Below are positions 27,190 through 40,435 of a stretch of 64,000 nt of DNA, piece by piece. The position numbers and the translations under genes were made by a program. Under the pieces are notes generated by a model that saw only the letters and a program-made list of their open reading frames with translations, ran no database searches and was not told the origin of the DNA. Positions within the stretch are counted from its first letter, which is position 1. Each line of letters starts with the position of its first letter. Source of the stretch: Octopus sinensis (taxonomy: Eukaryota); NCBI RefSeq assembly GCF_006345805.1, contig NC_042998.1, forward strand, positions 44,888,001 to 44,952,000, read 5' to 3'.

Positions 27190-27520
27190 GTTATGTTTGG
27201 GTGCCGTTAAAGAAGAATAGATTGTCTTTATTATGTCGTCATAATAAATTGTTTTCTATGTCTTTGTAAAGAAGAAAGACCACGGGGTTAGGTTAAGTAA
27301 GACATGACCTTAACCCGGTGCACACTAGAATTGATTTAATGTGAGCTGAAGACGCCTTCTTGTCAGACCACAACATCGATCTGACAGGAAAGTTTTAATC
27401 CAAGAAATCAGAAATGAATTAAATCTACCAGTAAAGAAAACCGCTGCTTGGAGTAATTCGCAGTAAACACTGTTGAAGTCTTCGCTGGTATCAAGGGGCA
27501 TCAAACATTGCACTCACCGA
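27190..27520 (-). pseudogene. Non-LTR retrotransposon reverse-transcriptase core relic (Jockey/CR1/I-like)
   Basis: LDTSEDFNSV..LL....G...LISWIKTFLSDR, INSSVHRV, YYDD. These correspond to LDISKAFDRV, LxxWIxSFLSDR, INSGVPQGS and YADD. Confidence 0.6.
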
Positions 27521-27749
27521 CGCCAATCCTCAGGCTACTAAACAACTAATCCGTCATAATAACGTCGCCGTCACATATATATATATTAGTAACTTTATTA
27601 GTAACTACCTCAGTTTTTATATACACACTGAAATAATTTTATATATTTGTATTATTGATTCGTCTCTGTTCCATTGTGTGTAGAAAATAGCGTATTTTTG
27701 ACTGGAAACGAATAGCGGCCAAATACTGTTAATTCTGACAAGTAATTTT

Positions 27750-27805
<56 letters not shown>

Positions 27806-27859
27806 TTTTCTTTCTTTCTTTCCATTTTTCTTTTTCTCCTTCTTTCTTTCGACCATAGA

Positions 27860-28040
27860 CACAGGGCCTGAAATTTTGGGGTGGTCGATTACGTCGACCG
27901 TAAGGTTCAACTGATACTTATATTATCGACCCCCGAAACAATGAAAGGCAAAGTCGATTTCGACAAAATTTGAACTCAATGCGTGAAGCCGAATAAAATG
28001 CTACTAAGCATTTTGTCCGGGCGTGCTAACTATTCTAGTA
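27860..28040 (-). mobile_element. SINE family A (tail type 2), diverged
   Basis: gggcctgaaattttggggtggtcgattacgtcgacc...gaaaggcaaagtcga. Confidence 0.75.
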
Positions 28041-28058
28041 ATTTGCTGCTTTTAATAA

Positions 28059-28460
28059 CTCTTTACTCTTTTACTCTTTTACTTGTTTCAGTCATTTGAC
28101 CTCGGCCATGCTGGAGCACCGCCTTTAGTCGAGCAAATCGACCCCAGGACTTATTCTTTGTAAACCTAGTACTTATTCTATCAGTCTCTTTGGCGAACCG
28201 CTGTTACGGAGACCTAAACACACCAGCATCGGTTGTCAAGCAATACTAGGGGGACAAACACAGACACACAAACTCACATATATATACATATACATATATA
28301 TGACGAGCTTCTTTCAGTTTCCGTCAAACAAATCCACTCACAAGGCTTTGGTCAAAGCTATCGTAGAAGACACTTGCCCAAGGTGCCACGCAGTAGGACT
28401 GAACCCGGAACCATGTGGTTAGTAAGCAAGCTACTTACCACACAGCCACTCCTGTGCCTA
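28059..28460 (-). mobile_element. SINE family B, full length
   Basis: Reverse complement of the consensus from ctcttttactc to cacagccactcctgtgcc. Confidence 0.9.
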
Positions 28461-28479
28461 TACGAATATTTTCTAATAT

Positions 28480-28680
28480 AAGCACAAGGCCTGAAATGTT
28501 GGCGGAGGAATATAGTAGGTTACATCGAACCAGGAATTTAACTGTTGCTTATTTTATCGATCTCCTAAAAGAAGAAAGGCAAAGTCGACCTCGGCGGAAT
28601 TGATCTCAGAACATAAAACCCGATGAATTGCCGCTAAGCATTTTTGTTTGGTGCACTAAAGAACCTACCAGCTTACGGCC
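28480..28680 (-). mobile_element. SINE family A (tail type 2), diverged
   Basis: aaggcaaagtcgacctcggcggaattga. Confidence 0.75.
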
Positions 28681-29064
28681 ATTTTGATTTCTTTTACAAT
28701 AAATATTTTTTTTTAAAGGCCACTTAAAGCATTGATGTCAATTAGTTCAATCCCAGTGAAAAGAATTTTTTAATGGGGTTATGAAAGGACGTTCATAACA
28801 TCTTTGTATATTTGCATATGTCGTGTTCTAAAAGGGCTTTCATATTAACAGCGTATTAACTGCGTTGTGATATTGTACTCCAGTGTTTTCTAAGTATATT
28901 TTGACATTTTATGTTGTTGCTTTTCTGTTGTTTTGGGGGGTGATGGGGGTAAAACATTATCTTAACATCTCATTAACAATTCACTCTTGTTATAAACCAG
29001 ATGCTATAACCGAGTTCATTATTTGATTCCTACTTTAAATATACTATCTACATATGAATGAGTG

Positions 29065-29108
<44 letters not shown>

Positions 29109-29132
29109 TGTGTATACATATATATGTATATA

Positions 29133-29172
<40 letters not shown>

Positions 29173-29247
29173 TAGATAGATAGATAGATAGATAGTAGAT
29201 AGATAGATATAGATATATAGATATATATAGATATATAGATATATATA

Positions 29248-29293
<46 letters not shown>

Positions 29294-29437
29294 TATATAT
29301 ATAAACTCATACACACACACGCACGCACACATATCGATTATTTTTATGGGTTTGTATATTTACGTTACCTTGACATGCACTAAATAAAAATGTATGTACT
29401 CATTGTAGAGTATAAACAATATTTATAATCATTTAAA

Positions 29438-29650
29438 AGCGGCGAGATGGCCTGCCAGGAAAAATGCTTAGCGGCATTTCGTCCGTCCGTCTTTATGTTC
29501 TGAGTTCAAATTCTGCCGAGGTTGACTTTGCCTTCCATCTTGTCGAGGTTGGTAAAATAAGGACCAGTTAAGCAATGAAGTCGATGCACTCGACTTAGCT
29601 CTACCCACTGAAATTCTTGGCCTTGTGCCAAAATTTGAAACCAATATTTG
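29438..29650 (+). mobile_element. SINE family A (tail type 2)
   Basis: gcggcgagatggc...gagttcaaattctgccgaggttgactttgcc. Confidence 0.8.
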
Positions 29651-29769
29651 CTTTCAATGGTGACTCCAAAGGTTCGTCTAAACTGGCTTTTCAGAACAGT
29701 GAGAAAATGGCTGTTTTGTGAAGCATGCATTGGCGAAGCTTCGAAATAAACAGTCACTGTTGCTTATAT

Positions 29770-30142
29770 ATTTCTTTACTACCCACAAGGGGCTAAACAT
29801 AGAGGGGACAAACAAGGACAGACAAAGGAATTAAATCGATTACATCGACCCAGTGCGAAACTGGTACTTTATTTATCGACCCCGAGAGGATGAAATGCAA
29901 AGTCGACCTCGGCGGAATTTGAACTCAGAAAGTAACGACAGACGAAATGTTGCTTATATTATACATTTCTTTACTACCCACAAGGGGCCAAACATAGAGG
30001 GGATAAACAAGGACAGACAAAGGGATTAAGTCGATTACATCGACCCAGTACGAAACTGGTACTCTATTTATCGACCCCGAGAGGATGAAAGGCAAAGTTG
30101 ACCTCGGCGGAATTTGAACTCAGAACGTAACGACAGACGAAA
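29770..30142 (-). mobile_element. Two tandem 5'-truncated SINE family A copies
   Basis: Both units end at gacgaaa. The flank tgttgcttatat occurs at about 29758, 29948 and 30143. Confidence 0.85.
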
Positions 30143-31906
30143 TGTTGCTTATATTATATATACGCGTGTACGCGCGCGAGCCCGTGTGTGTGTGTGTTGT
30201 GTGTGTGTGTGTGGTGTGTGTGTGTGTGTGTTGTGTGTGTGTGTGTCTTTTTGCTCACACAGCAAATACAACAAAAGACAATTCCAATAGGCGTTGTAGG
30301 GGTGAAAGGACAAAACAGATAGATATATTGTATTATCATGTATTGAAATATTTCGTTATCTCTTAGAAGATATCTTTAATTCTGTTTTGCCGAGTTTGGT
30401 TATCTGACTATAGTGAATAGCTACCTTAATCAACATACAGTTTGTGTGTGTTACAATATATATGCAGGCGTTTTATCCAGCGAATATTCTTCTCAGTTAC
30501 AAACTGTTAATTCCACTGGGAGCTATGCACACATGTTATTAACTCTTGCGGATCAAAGAGATATTTTACTACGAAAATTTATTTAATTTATTGCAACACC
30601 TGTAACTAGTGAAAATATTATTATTATTACTGTTAGCCAAAGGTTTGTTAGAGATCAATGTCCGATTTATGAGCAAGGAAGAAAGCTTTAATATTAACAG
30701 CTAGCGTTTTTCCTTGCCCATTCATGATGTTGATTCTTAGTAAGATTTAAAATCAGATCCCTAATTAATAAAAGTCATTAACTGAAACAAAATTTCAGTT
30801 AATGGAGGGTTTAATGAAGGGTTTATTTTTCTGGTGTTACTTTACTCTTTTCAATAATCTCTATTCTAAATGTCACAAGGACCAGATCTTATGACATCAG
30901 CGATCCGATGGTGTCCTGTGCAAATAATGTTAAAGCTCTCATTCGCCTAAAGCGACGGAATCGAAGTTATGCACAAGTCTTTAAGAGCCTGTAGGGACTT
31001 TGGAGATGTTAAACTGTAAGGAAATAGATACCATATAGTGAATGATTCGAGTATATCATTGCAGTTGATAATACTAAATCAGGAAAAGCATATAATTTTT
31101 TTTCTTTCTATCAGGTAGATTATATATATAACGTGTAACGTATGTACGCTCGTATCAACAAGTATGTACCCCCGTTGTGTGTACTGTCTTTCCTCCCGAC
31201 TAAAAACAATAAACAGAAGAAGAAGAAGAAGAAGAAGAAGAAGAAGAAGAAGAAGGACGACGACGAGGAGGACAATGATATCAAGCCATAAGATTATCAT
31301 TCAGAAAAAATATTTTTTTAATGAATCGTTGACGATAAGATTAAGTTCGGTGTACAATGAACTGTACAGTAAAAGCCTTTGTCCATTTAGAAAATGTATC
31401 AATGAAACTAAGCAACAGGTGTCATAGCATTTTTTTTTTTTTTCTCAAGATTTCTTTTCTGAAGCTGTTTTATAGTAATGTGGAAACAGAAGACGATATC
31501 CTTTAGATACAATGAAAATACTAAGAGAACATTTATATATAAACAATGCCAACAAATTCCGCCAGACAGAATCAGATTTTTTGTTTATGCTTTTTCACTT
31601 TTTTATTGGCGGTGCCGTTCACCTTTGAGTACAAAGACATCACACACACACACACACATAAACACGCACACACACACACACACACATAAACACGCACACA
31701 CACACACACACACACTCTCTCTCTCTTTCTCTACCATTTTATCTTTCTTTTTTCCTTTCCTTCTCTTCCTTATTGCTTCTGCAAATTCTTCTTAACTTAT
31801 AGGATTTTCGCGATAAGCTTTTTGATTGACTAAAGAGAATATCCTTCAGCTTCTTATCTGTGAAACTTGCGCGCATTAACACACATATAAACACCCACAC
31901 ATATTC

Positions 31907-31956
<50 letters not shown>

Positions 31957-32328
31957 CTCAAGCTATCTCGTATTGCATCAACAATACTCTTCCGAACTTG
32001 TAAGGTTTTTGTGAATTAATACTTTTGACCAAAGAAAATCCACAGCTTTTCTTTAACATTAAACTATTTCCTCCCCCTCTTCCCCTCTTCTCTTTCCCCT
32101 TCTTCTTCCTCTTTCTCCATCTCTCACACTTTCTATTTTCCCCTCTTTCTCACTCTCTTTTCTCCTATCGCCTCTACAACAGCCTTCATAATTATGGCGC
32201 CTTCATAAACTCAATGAAAACACCACTTCTATTCTCATCCTTCCTTCTGCCGCCTTCCTTCAATGTGTCGTTCCTAGCAGACTCTCATAATTCTCACTAT
32301 ATTACAAAGACTATTCCATTCGTCTTTA

Positions 32329-32954
32329 TATTGGATTGTCCGAAAAGTTCGTGCCGATTTATAATAGCTTACCTTTCGACTTATTCGATTTATAATAGCT
32401 TACCTTTCGACTTATTCGATATAAGCTTTACCTTTCGACTATCTTTAGAAACATGGTTGATTCCAAAAATAGGATTTGACTACACCTCCGTTTAGAGCAC
32501 AGTTTAAGCTATCTTTTCGTGGGAAAAGGTTTATGTTCCTATGACTTGTGTTAATTCTGTAACCCTTTAAAATGGAAGATAAGAAAGTTCATTTTCGGCA
32601 CTTGATCTTTGGGAACCAGACAAAAATTGCTGCAGCTCGGCTGGGATGTGTTACCCCACCCTCCATTCACCAGATATTGCTCCTTCGGATTTTCACTTAT
32701 TCAGGTCTCTGCAGAATAGTCTTAATGGTAAACATTTCAATTCCTTGGATGACGTAAAAAGATACCTTGATGAATTTTTTGCCATGAAACCATCTCAATT
32801 CTGGGAAGAGGGTATTTTCAAGTTAAAGGAAAGATGGAGATGCATTGTGCAACAAAATGGTTCATATTTGGTTGATTACAAATGTAATGGCATGCATTTA
32901 TTGACCTTTTTCTTTCCTTTAAAAATCGGTACGAACTTTCCGGACAACCCAATA
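32329..32954 (+). mobile_element. Internally deleted mariner (Tc1/mariner) DNA transposon
   Basis: TIRs tattggattgtccgaaaagttcgtgccgattt and aaatcggtacgaactttccggacaacccaata, with TA ends. Confidence 0.95.
32572..32880 (+). pseudogene. Mariner transposase remnant (N-terminal MEDKKVHFRH fused to the C-terminal catalytic part)
   Basis: SPDIAPSDFHLFRSLQNSLNGKHFNSLDDVKRYLDEFF...FWEEGIFKLKERWRCIVQQNGSY. This contains the YSPDLAPSD-type motif of mariner D,D34D transposases. Confidence 0.95.
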
Positions 32955-33374
32955 TAATAATATAATTTCCTACAGCAGTATGTTGTTTCGAAACTCACCC
33001 TCAACCGCCCCGCTTTTTTTTTTTTTTCTTCTTTTTCTACTGAACTGCGATTTAACCTCAGCGAATCTTGAGTAGTCTATACCAGTGTTTCTCCTAGGGT
33101 TTGAAGAGAATGGGGGACTGAAGCTGGAGTAGACAAATTACTGTTTCATACATTTTAAAATCGCTTTAATTACTTTTTCAACCTTGTCCAATACCCTGAT
33201 ACAAGAAAAGCAGTGTTCTGCGAATACAGACTAAATTTTACATTCTCATTACGCTTTATTTCAATAGATTTGTAAAATACAAAAGAATTTAGTACAATGA
33301 CTTTATCATTATTAAGTTGGCGTTTGGATCATAAATATGAAATTTTGATCTTTTTATCTTTTATTTTTATTTTA

Positions 33375-33830
33375 CTTATTTCAGTCATTAAACTGCGGCC
33401 ATACTGGGGCGCTGCCTTGAAAGGAGTTTCGCCGAACAAGTCGACCCCGGGACTTGTTTTTTAAAGCCTAGCACTTATTCTAGCGGTCTTTTTGTTTCTG
33501 CCGAACCTCTAAGTCACGGGGACGTGAACTCACCAACATCGATTATCAAGTGTATGTGTGCGCGCACGCACGTGAGTGTGTGTGTGTCTGTGTGTGTGTA
33601 TCTGTGTGTGTGTCTATGTGTGTGAGTGTGTGTGTATGTCTGTGTCTGTGCGTGCGTGTGTGTAAACGAGTGGCTTCTTTCAGTTTCCTTCTACCAAATC
33701 CACTCGCAAGGCCTTGGTCGTTCCGAAGTTATAGTAGAAGACACTTGCCCCAGGTGTCACGCAGTGGGACTGAACCTGGAACCATGTGGTTAGGAAGCAA
33801 GCTTCTTACCACACAGCCACACCTGCACCT
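33375..33830 (-). mobile_element. SINE family B with internal (TG)n expansion
   Basis: Tail ttacttatttcagtcatt...; head cttaccacacagccacacctgcacc. Confidence 0.85.
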
Positions 33831-34165
33831 ATGGAATTCTTGATGGAATTTTTATTTTTATTTTTCATTTAGCTGACTTTAGAACAGGAAGTTTGTGTCA
33901 TAGAACCAGGTATGATTCTCGTGCAGGTTGGCATCAAAAGGCTTAATGAAATACTCGAAGGACTAAAGGAAATTTCACTAACACCCGTAGGTTGGGCCAG
34001 TTTTTGTCAATTTGAGAAACTACAGGGAGAAAGTATAGGAAGAAACTATAGGGAGAAATCATAGGACCCGTTGGGTGTAACAAAATACATTAATAGCTAT
34101 TATTCAGTCAAATAGATGCAAGGAAGTTCCTATTAGTATGTCATAAAAATAGCTTTGCGCTTTCG

Positions 34166-34407
34166 TTAATCTTTTAGCATTTAACATGGCCGTATCTGGC
34201 TCAAACATTCTGCCTGTTTTATGTTCAAACTGGCCAGATCCGGTCTTTCACACCTGCTCTATAGTCCATAATCTAAAATCTATAATTTAAAAGCCATAAT
34301 CAGATCATTGAAATCGTGAAGCTACGAAATAATGTATGATTAATTCAAAACAATGTGAATAAACAAGCATTGCGTTTGATAGATTAATCTGAATGTTAAA
34401 GGGTTAA
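34166..34407. mobile_element. piggyBac-type MITE
   Basis: TTAA at both ends, with imperfect TIRs ttaatcttttagcatt and aatgttaaagggttaa. Confidence 0.7.
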
Positions 34408-34483
34408 TATTTCTTTAAAATGATCTTTTCTTTCCGTCGTTGCTCTATTTCTTATTACTTTCTGTTTCTCGCTCTATATCAAT

Positions 34484-34485
34484 CA

Positions 34486-34552
<67 letters not shown>

Positions 34553-34577
34553 CATCTATCTATCTATCTATCTATCC

Positions 34578-34616
<39 letters not shown>

Positions 34617-34617
34617 C

Positions 34618-34648
<31 letters not shown>

Positions 34649-34649
34649 C

Positions 34650-34688
<39 letters not shown>

Positions 34689-34689
34689 C

Positions 34690-34724
<35 letters not shown>

Positions 34725-34745
34725 CATCTATCTATCTATCTATCT
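34484..34745. repeat. Long (TCTA)n array with TCCA variants
   Basis: Visible directly in the sequence. Confidence 0.95.
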
Positions 34746-34929
34746 CTCCTTTCCGTTTTCTCTCACCCTTATCTCTTTTTTTTTTTCATCGATTTGTAGT
34801 CTGAAATCAGCACCCTTTCTTAATCTAGTTAACAAATTCTTTACAGCATTCAGATCATTCGCCGGTAAAAAGGAACGTTCATATTGTACCAGCACACGCA
34901 CGCATACACGTGAACAAAGAGAGAGAAAG

Positions 34930-35002
<73 letters not shown>

Positions 35003-35179
35003 ACAGACTGCGTGAGAGAAATAAAAAAAAAAACAGAGAGAAATGGAGAGAAACACATGCGAGTAGGGTAGTGATGGAGATGTTGATAGACATAAATCAG
35101 TACAACGTGTACAAACGTGTACCACACATACAAGCATATACGCGCATGTCTATATATGTGAGCGAGTGTGTGTGTGTGT

Positions 35180-35213
<34 letters not shown>

Positions 35214-35319
35214 ATGTGGTATATATATATATAAATTCGGTGTGTGTTGCGCTTCTTATATATATGTGTGTGTACATACATATATATGCATTAATACATA
35301 CACATATACATATATATAG

Positions 35320-35357
<38 letters not shown>

Positions 35358-35435
35358 TATATACATATATATAATATATACATACATAATATATACATAT
35401 ATATATATATATACATACATATATATATATATATA

Positions 35436-35503
<68 letters not shown>

Positions 35504-35844
35504 TAGAGATAAAACCACTATTAGGCAACTCAAACAGTGATAGACATAAACCAAAACATAAATAACAAATATTATATATTTTTATTATATATATATATAT
35601 TTTATATATATATAGGTATCACTAAGGTATTCAAGTGTGCATACCTAAATATACCCGTATTGATTGATCTGTACCCGATGCTTATATTCGTACAATAAGC
35701 AGGAGTTAGGAATTTTAAGTATTCGTATATAATGTGCACATGCTCTTTAACATACATACGGGGGTGTGTGTGTGTGTGTGAAACACTTGCACCTGTGCAC
35801 ATATATGCATGTATACATACATATACACAACTATGCACACACAC

Positions 35845-35887
<43 letters not shown>

Positions 35888-36236
35888 TTTATGTATGTTA
35901 TGCATGTATGTGTGTATGATATGCATGTATGTGTGTGTATGTGTGTGTGCATGTATGTATGAATGGATGTGTGTGAGTATGTATGTATCAATTTCTATAG
36001 AATAAATATGAGAATATAATAGACTGTCCCCACCCACAAGCTCCAGGGTTTCATAAATGTCACAGCAAGAGCACTTAGTACAAATATATTCGAAGATGGC
36101 GCCACTGCATACATACATACCTACATATATACATACATAAATAAATACACACACACACACACACACACATAGATACATTCATACATACACACATATACAA
36201 ACATTCATAAATCCATACATACATACACATACATAC

Positions 36237-36267
<31 letters not shown>

Positions 36268-36525
36268 CATACATACATACATACATACATACATACATAC
36301 ATACATGCATACATACATACATACATACATGCATACATACGTACATACATATATACATACATACATACATGCATGCATGAATGCATACATACATACATAC
36401 ACACATACAAACATTCATAAATCCATACATACATACACATACATACATACATACATACATACATACATACATACACGCATACATACATACATATATACAT
36501 ACATACATACATATACATACATGTA

Positions 36526-37090
<565 letters not shown>

Positions 37091-37180
37091 CGTTTTGGCA
37101 TTTGTCATCTCGCTTTCTTATGTGTGCGGGTGTGTGTGTGTGCGCGTGTGTGTGTGTGTGTGTGTTTGTATGTATGTATG

Positions 37181-37214
<34 letters not shown>

Positions 37215-37734
37215 TGTATGTATGTATGTATGTATGTATGTATGTATGTATGTATGCGCGTGTGGTAGACGACATACTAGGAGTCTACAGACATGGAAGT
37301 TGCGATAACGATTTCTCAATTAGGCACCAAGACTGCAAAGAATCAGATTATATGACTTTGATGTTTTAATTTATTTATGTATTTATTTATTTATCTATAA
37401 TTTTTTTCTTAAAAAGAAAAACTAGCATAGATGCCAAATTAAAGTTAAGTGCAGTTGAATTGCCTTTATATTGAAAATCGGCCACAGTGTTATGAAAGAT
37501 GAATTCAAACTATATACTGTGTGAAATTTTAAAATAATCGCCGCATGATCCGAGCTTTTCCGATTAACCTAGAACATGCAGTAAGGTTAACATGTAACTG
37601 AAGAGAATACAAATGAGAAATATATGCATAAATGTATGTATGTATGTATGTATGTATGTTATGTATGTACCAAGATGGCCGCAAAGTGCAGACAATTGGC
37701 AGGATGGATACAAACAAATCATCTGGTTTTCGGT

Positions 37735-37860
37735 AAGAAATTGTCAAACCCTGATATGTCGTCTAACGACGGGAGAGTCAATTATTATTATTATATTCTC
37801 TTTTACTCATTCAGCCATGCGGCTGCGGTCATACTGGAGCATCATCGTAGTCTTTCCGAT
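37735..37860 (+). repeat. Left arm of a ~125-bp inverted repeat
   Basis: Reverse complement of 38477-38599 with few mismatches. Confidence 0.9.
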
Positions 37861-38420
37861 TGTCCAAAAGAACTATGCTGACCCTGTGGAGAACCTTTGT
37901 TCTCAGCCGCCTGGACTACTGCTCCCAGCTATGGCCACCACATAGTGCCCAACCAACAGCAGGACTTGAAGCAGTCCAACACCACTACACTAAAAAGATT
38001 GAAACCGTGCAGTGGATGAGCTACAGGGATACGCTGAGAAAACTGCAACTTTACTCCCTGGAGCGAAGGGGCGACAGATATGTAATAATCTACATATGGA
38101 AAACTCTAGAAGGGTCAGTACCTAATTTGTGCATTGAGTGTCATACAAATGCCAGAACTGGTTGCCATTGTAATGTATTAAAGGTACCTCCACTCCACCT
38201 AAATTCAGGACTAAGTGCTGCAATAGTCTCGGGTTTAAAGGGCCACAGCTCTTCAATGGTCAGGCACAAAAATTAAGAAATCTGCATTGGGTGGAAGTAG
38301 ATGTCTTCAAAAAGGAACTAGACAGCCTCCTCTCCACAATACCGGATGAACCAGCAGCCTGACATGAAGTGCAGACGAGGGCAGCGAAATCAAACTACCT
38401 TATATACCAAATGGGCCAAC
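37860..38420 (+). pseudogene. CR1/L2-like LINE 3' fragment (RT thumb and C-terminus)
   Basis: MLTLWRTFVLSRLDYCSQLWPP...LEAVQ...LRKLQLYSLERR...YIWKTLEG, continuing to VDVFKKELDSLLSTIPDEP. Confidence 0.9.
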
Positions 38421-38476
38421 AGCTGGGACACATGCACATACAGGAGTGGTAATGTGAAACACTTCAGACTGAGGTG

Positions 38477-38599
38477 ATCCGAAAGACCACGATGGTGCCC
38501 CAGCATGACCGCAGCTGCATGGCTGGATGAGTAAAAGAGAATATAATAATAATTGACTCTCCCATCGTTAAACGACCTATCAGAGTATGACAATTTCTT
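38477..38599 (-). repeat. Right arm of the ~125-bp inverted repeat
   Basis: Reverse complement of 37735-37860. Confidence 0.9.
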
Positions 38600-38619
38600 T
38601 GATCAAATGTTAATAGTGA

Positions 38620-38836
38620 TCAAATGTTTGTGTAGACATAAGCTCACTCCTTCCATCAAATCGACATAACCTGTACAGATCCAACTGGGTGCCACATATA
38701 ATGTCAAAAAGATCGCAGAGCAACGTGAAATGAAGTGCTTTGCTCAAGAACACAACGCAACACCCGATCTGGGAATTGACCCAAGATCTCACAATCGTGA
38801 GTGTAACACCTTAACCACTAAGTCATACGCCTTCAC
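38620..38836 (-). mobile_element. tRNA-derived SINE family E
   Basis: Minus strand gaaggcgtatgacttagtggttaaggtgttacactcacgattgtgagatcttgggtcaattccc...gttgtgttcttgagcaaagcacttcatttcacgttgctctgcgatc. Confidence 0.8.
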
Positions 38837-38849
38837 ATTATACGCTTAG

Positions 38850-39250
38850 CTGTATGGTTAAGAAACTCACTTTGCAGCCACATGGGTTCGGGTTCAGTTC
38901 CCCTGCCTGGCACCTAGTAAAACACGAAGCTGACCAACGCCTTGTGAGTGAAATTGATAGATAGAAACTGTGGAATCCCATGGTATATAAATGTGTGTGC
39001 TGCACGCGTGAGGGCATTCGTGTCAGTTTGTCACCCAACCTCCGCTAATCAACTGCTGTTGGTTTGTCTCCGTAACTTAACAGTTCTGCAAAAGTGAACG
39101 ATAGAATAAAAATACTAAACTTCAAAAAATACTAGATTTTAAAAAAATTCGAGTGATTTTTTTTTCCTGTTTGTTTTCGACTAAAAGTTCTTTAAAGTTG
39201 TGCTTCAACACGGCTGTAGTCCAATGACTAAAACAATAAAAGACTGAAAC
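38850..39250 (+). mobile_element. SINE family B, diverged
   Basis: gggttcgggttcagttcccctgcctggcacc...gtaacttaacagttctgcaaaag...gactaaaacaataaaaga. Confidence 0.75.
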
Positions 39251-39954
39251 GATAAAAGAACTTAAACAACTCCAGCCAACACCATTTTCGAATACAAATT
39301 GAATTGCATCTACAACTATCAGATACGTTTCCATTTCAGTGCCTCTTTTATAAGCTTATTAATCCCCTTGGTAACACCTATTCACTAACGCTACAAACTG
39401 AAGCACATGGACAAGATGTAGTGTTGGTGATAGAAAACGAAATCTTGACACCGTTTGGCTTCTACACTGAACAAAATGAACGTTTTGCTTAAGATAAAAA
39501 TAGCCTAGCTTCTCTTATAACATGATATAAATTAGAATAATCAATAACGATGATATCCATCAAATAAGAAAGACATTGTTATTCAGTCTTTTCTTTGTCT
39601 TTTGGTTGTCAGTAGTATTTCCGAGTGACTCAGCACAAGCAGAAATCAAACAGTTATTACTTTTTCTTTTATATAAAAATTTAATGAGATGTACAAACGT
39701 TAAGCGATAAATCTATTCGCTCGAGAGCAACTGGTACTTTACAATTTGTACAGCTCATTAAGGACAAACAAGACAAGACAAAAAAAAGGGTGAAGAATGT
39801 ACGCGTGAATTGTGGCTTGTTGAATAATTATTTGAGATGCTGCTATCATACTCTAAAGACAAGATGTCAAGATATTTAATAACTGACAGGTTTGGAGCTT
39901 TTACATACTCGCATGGTCCTTACAAACACACAGATAATTACAATACATATACTT

Positions 39955-40187
39955 ACAGGCGCAGGCGTGGCTGTGTGTAAAGAAACTTGCTTCCCAGCCA
40001 TATGGTTCCGCGTTCAGTCCCACGGCGTAACACCTTGAACAATTGTCAACTACTATAGCCTCAGGCCGACCAAACCTTTGTGAGTGGATTTGGCAGACGG
40101 AAGCCGAAACCCGTCGTATATATATACATATGTATATTTCTATGTGTGTGTCTTTGTGGCTGTACTTGTACCCCCATCACTGTTGAC
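39955..40187 (+). mobile_element. SINE family B, 5' part, cut off by the Penelope fragment
   Basis: ggcgcaggcgtggctgtgtgtaaagaaacttgcttcccagcc...gtggatttggcagacggaa. Confidence 0.85.
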
Positions 40188-40409
40188 AGCAGTAACTTAG
40201 TAGCTGATCATGTATGGAAAAATTTTGACCACCTCCCCCTGTGCGATGAAGTTAAAATAATAGACAGAGAACATCAATGGAAAATGCGAAATCTAAAAGA
40301 AGCAGCACATATGCTAAGACACAACAACCTCCTAAGCAAACCGCCTGCAGATATGAGCAGCATATGAGAACCGGTATTAAGAAAGGATAGAAAAATATTA
40401 GATTTATAA
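40188..40409 (+). pseudogene. Penelope-like element GIY-YIG endonuclease C-terminal fragment
   Basis: SNLVADHVWKNFDHLPLCDEVKIIDREHQWKMRNLKEAAHMLRHNNLLSKPPADMSSI*EPVLRKDRKILDL*. This matches the PLE C-terminal pattern S.iAeHaw..gH...wd.vkIlDkE..w..R.iKEa.hi.....N......s.iW.p.l. Confidence 0.75.
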
Positions 40410-40435
40410 GCCCTAAAATTCATTCCATAATTGCC

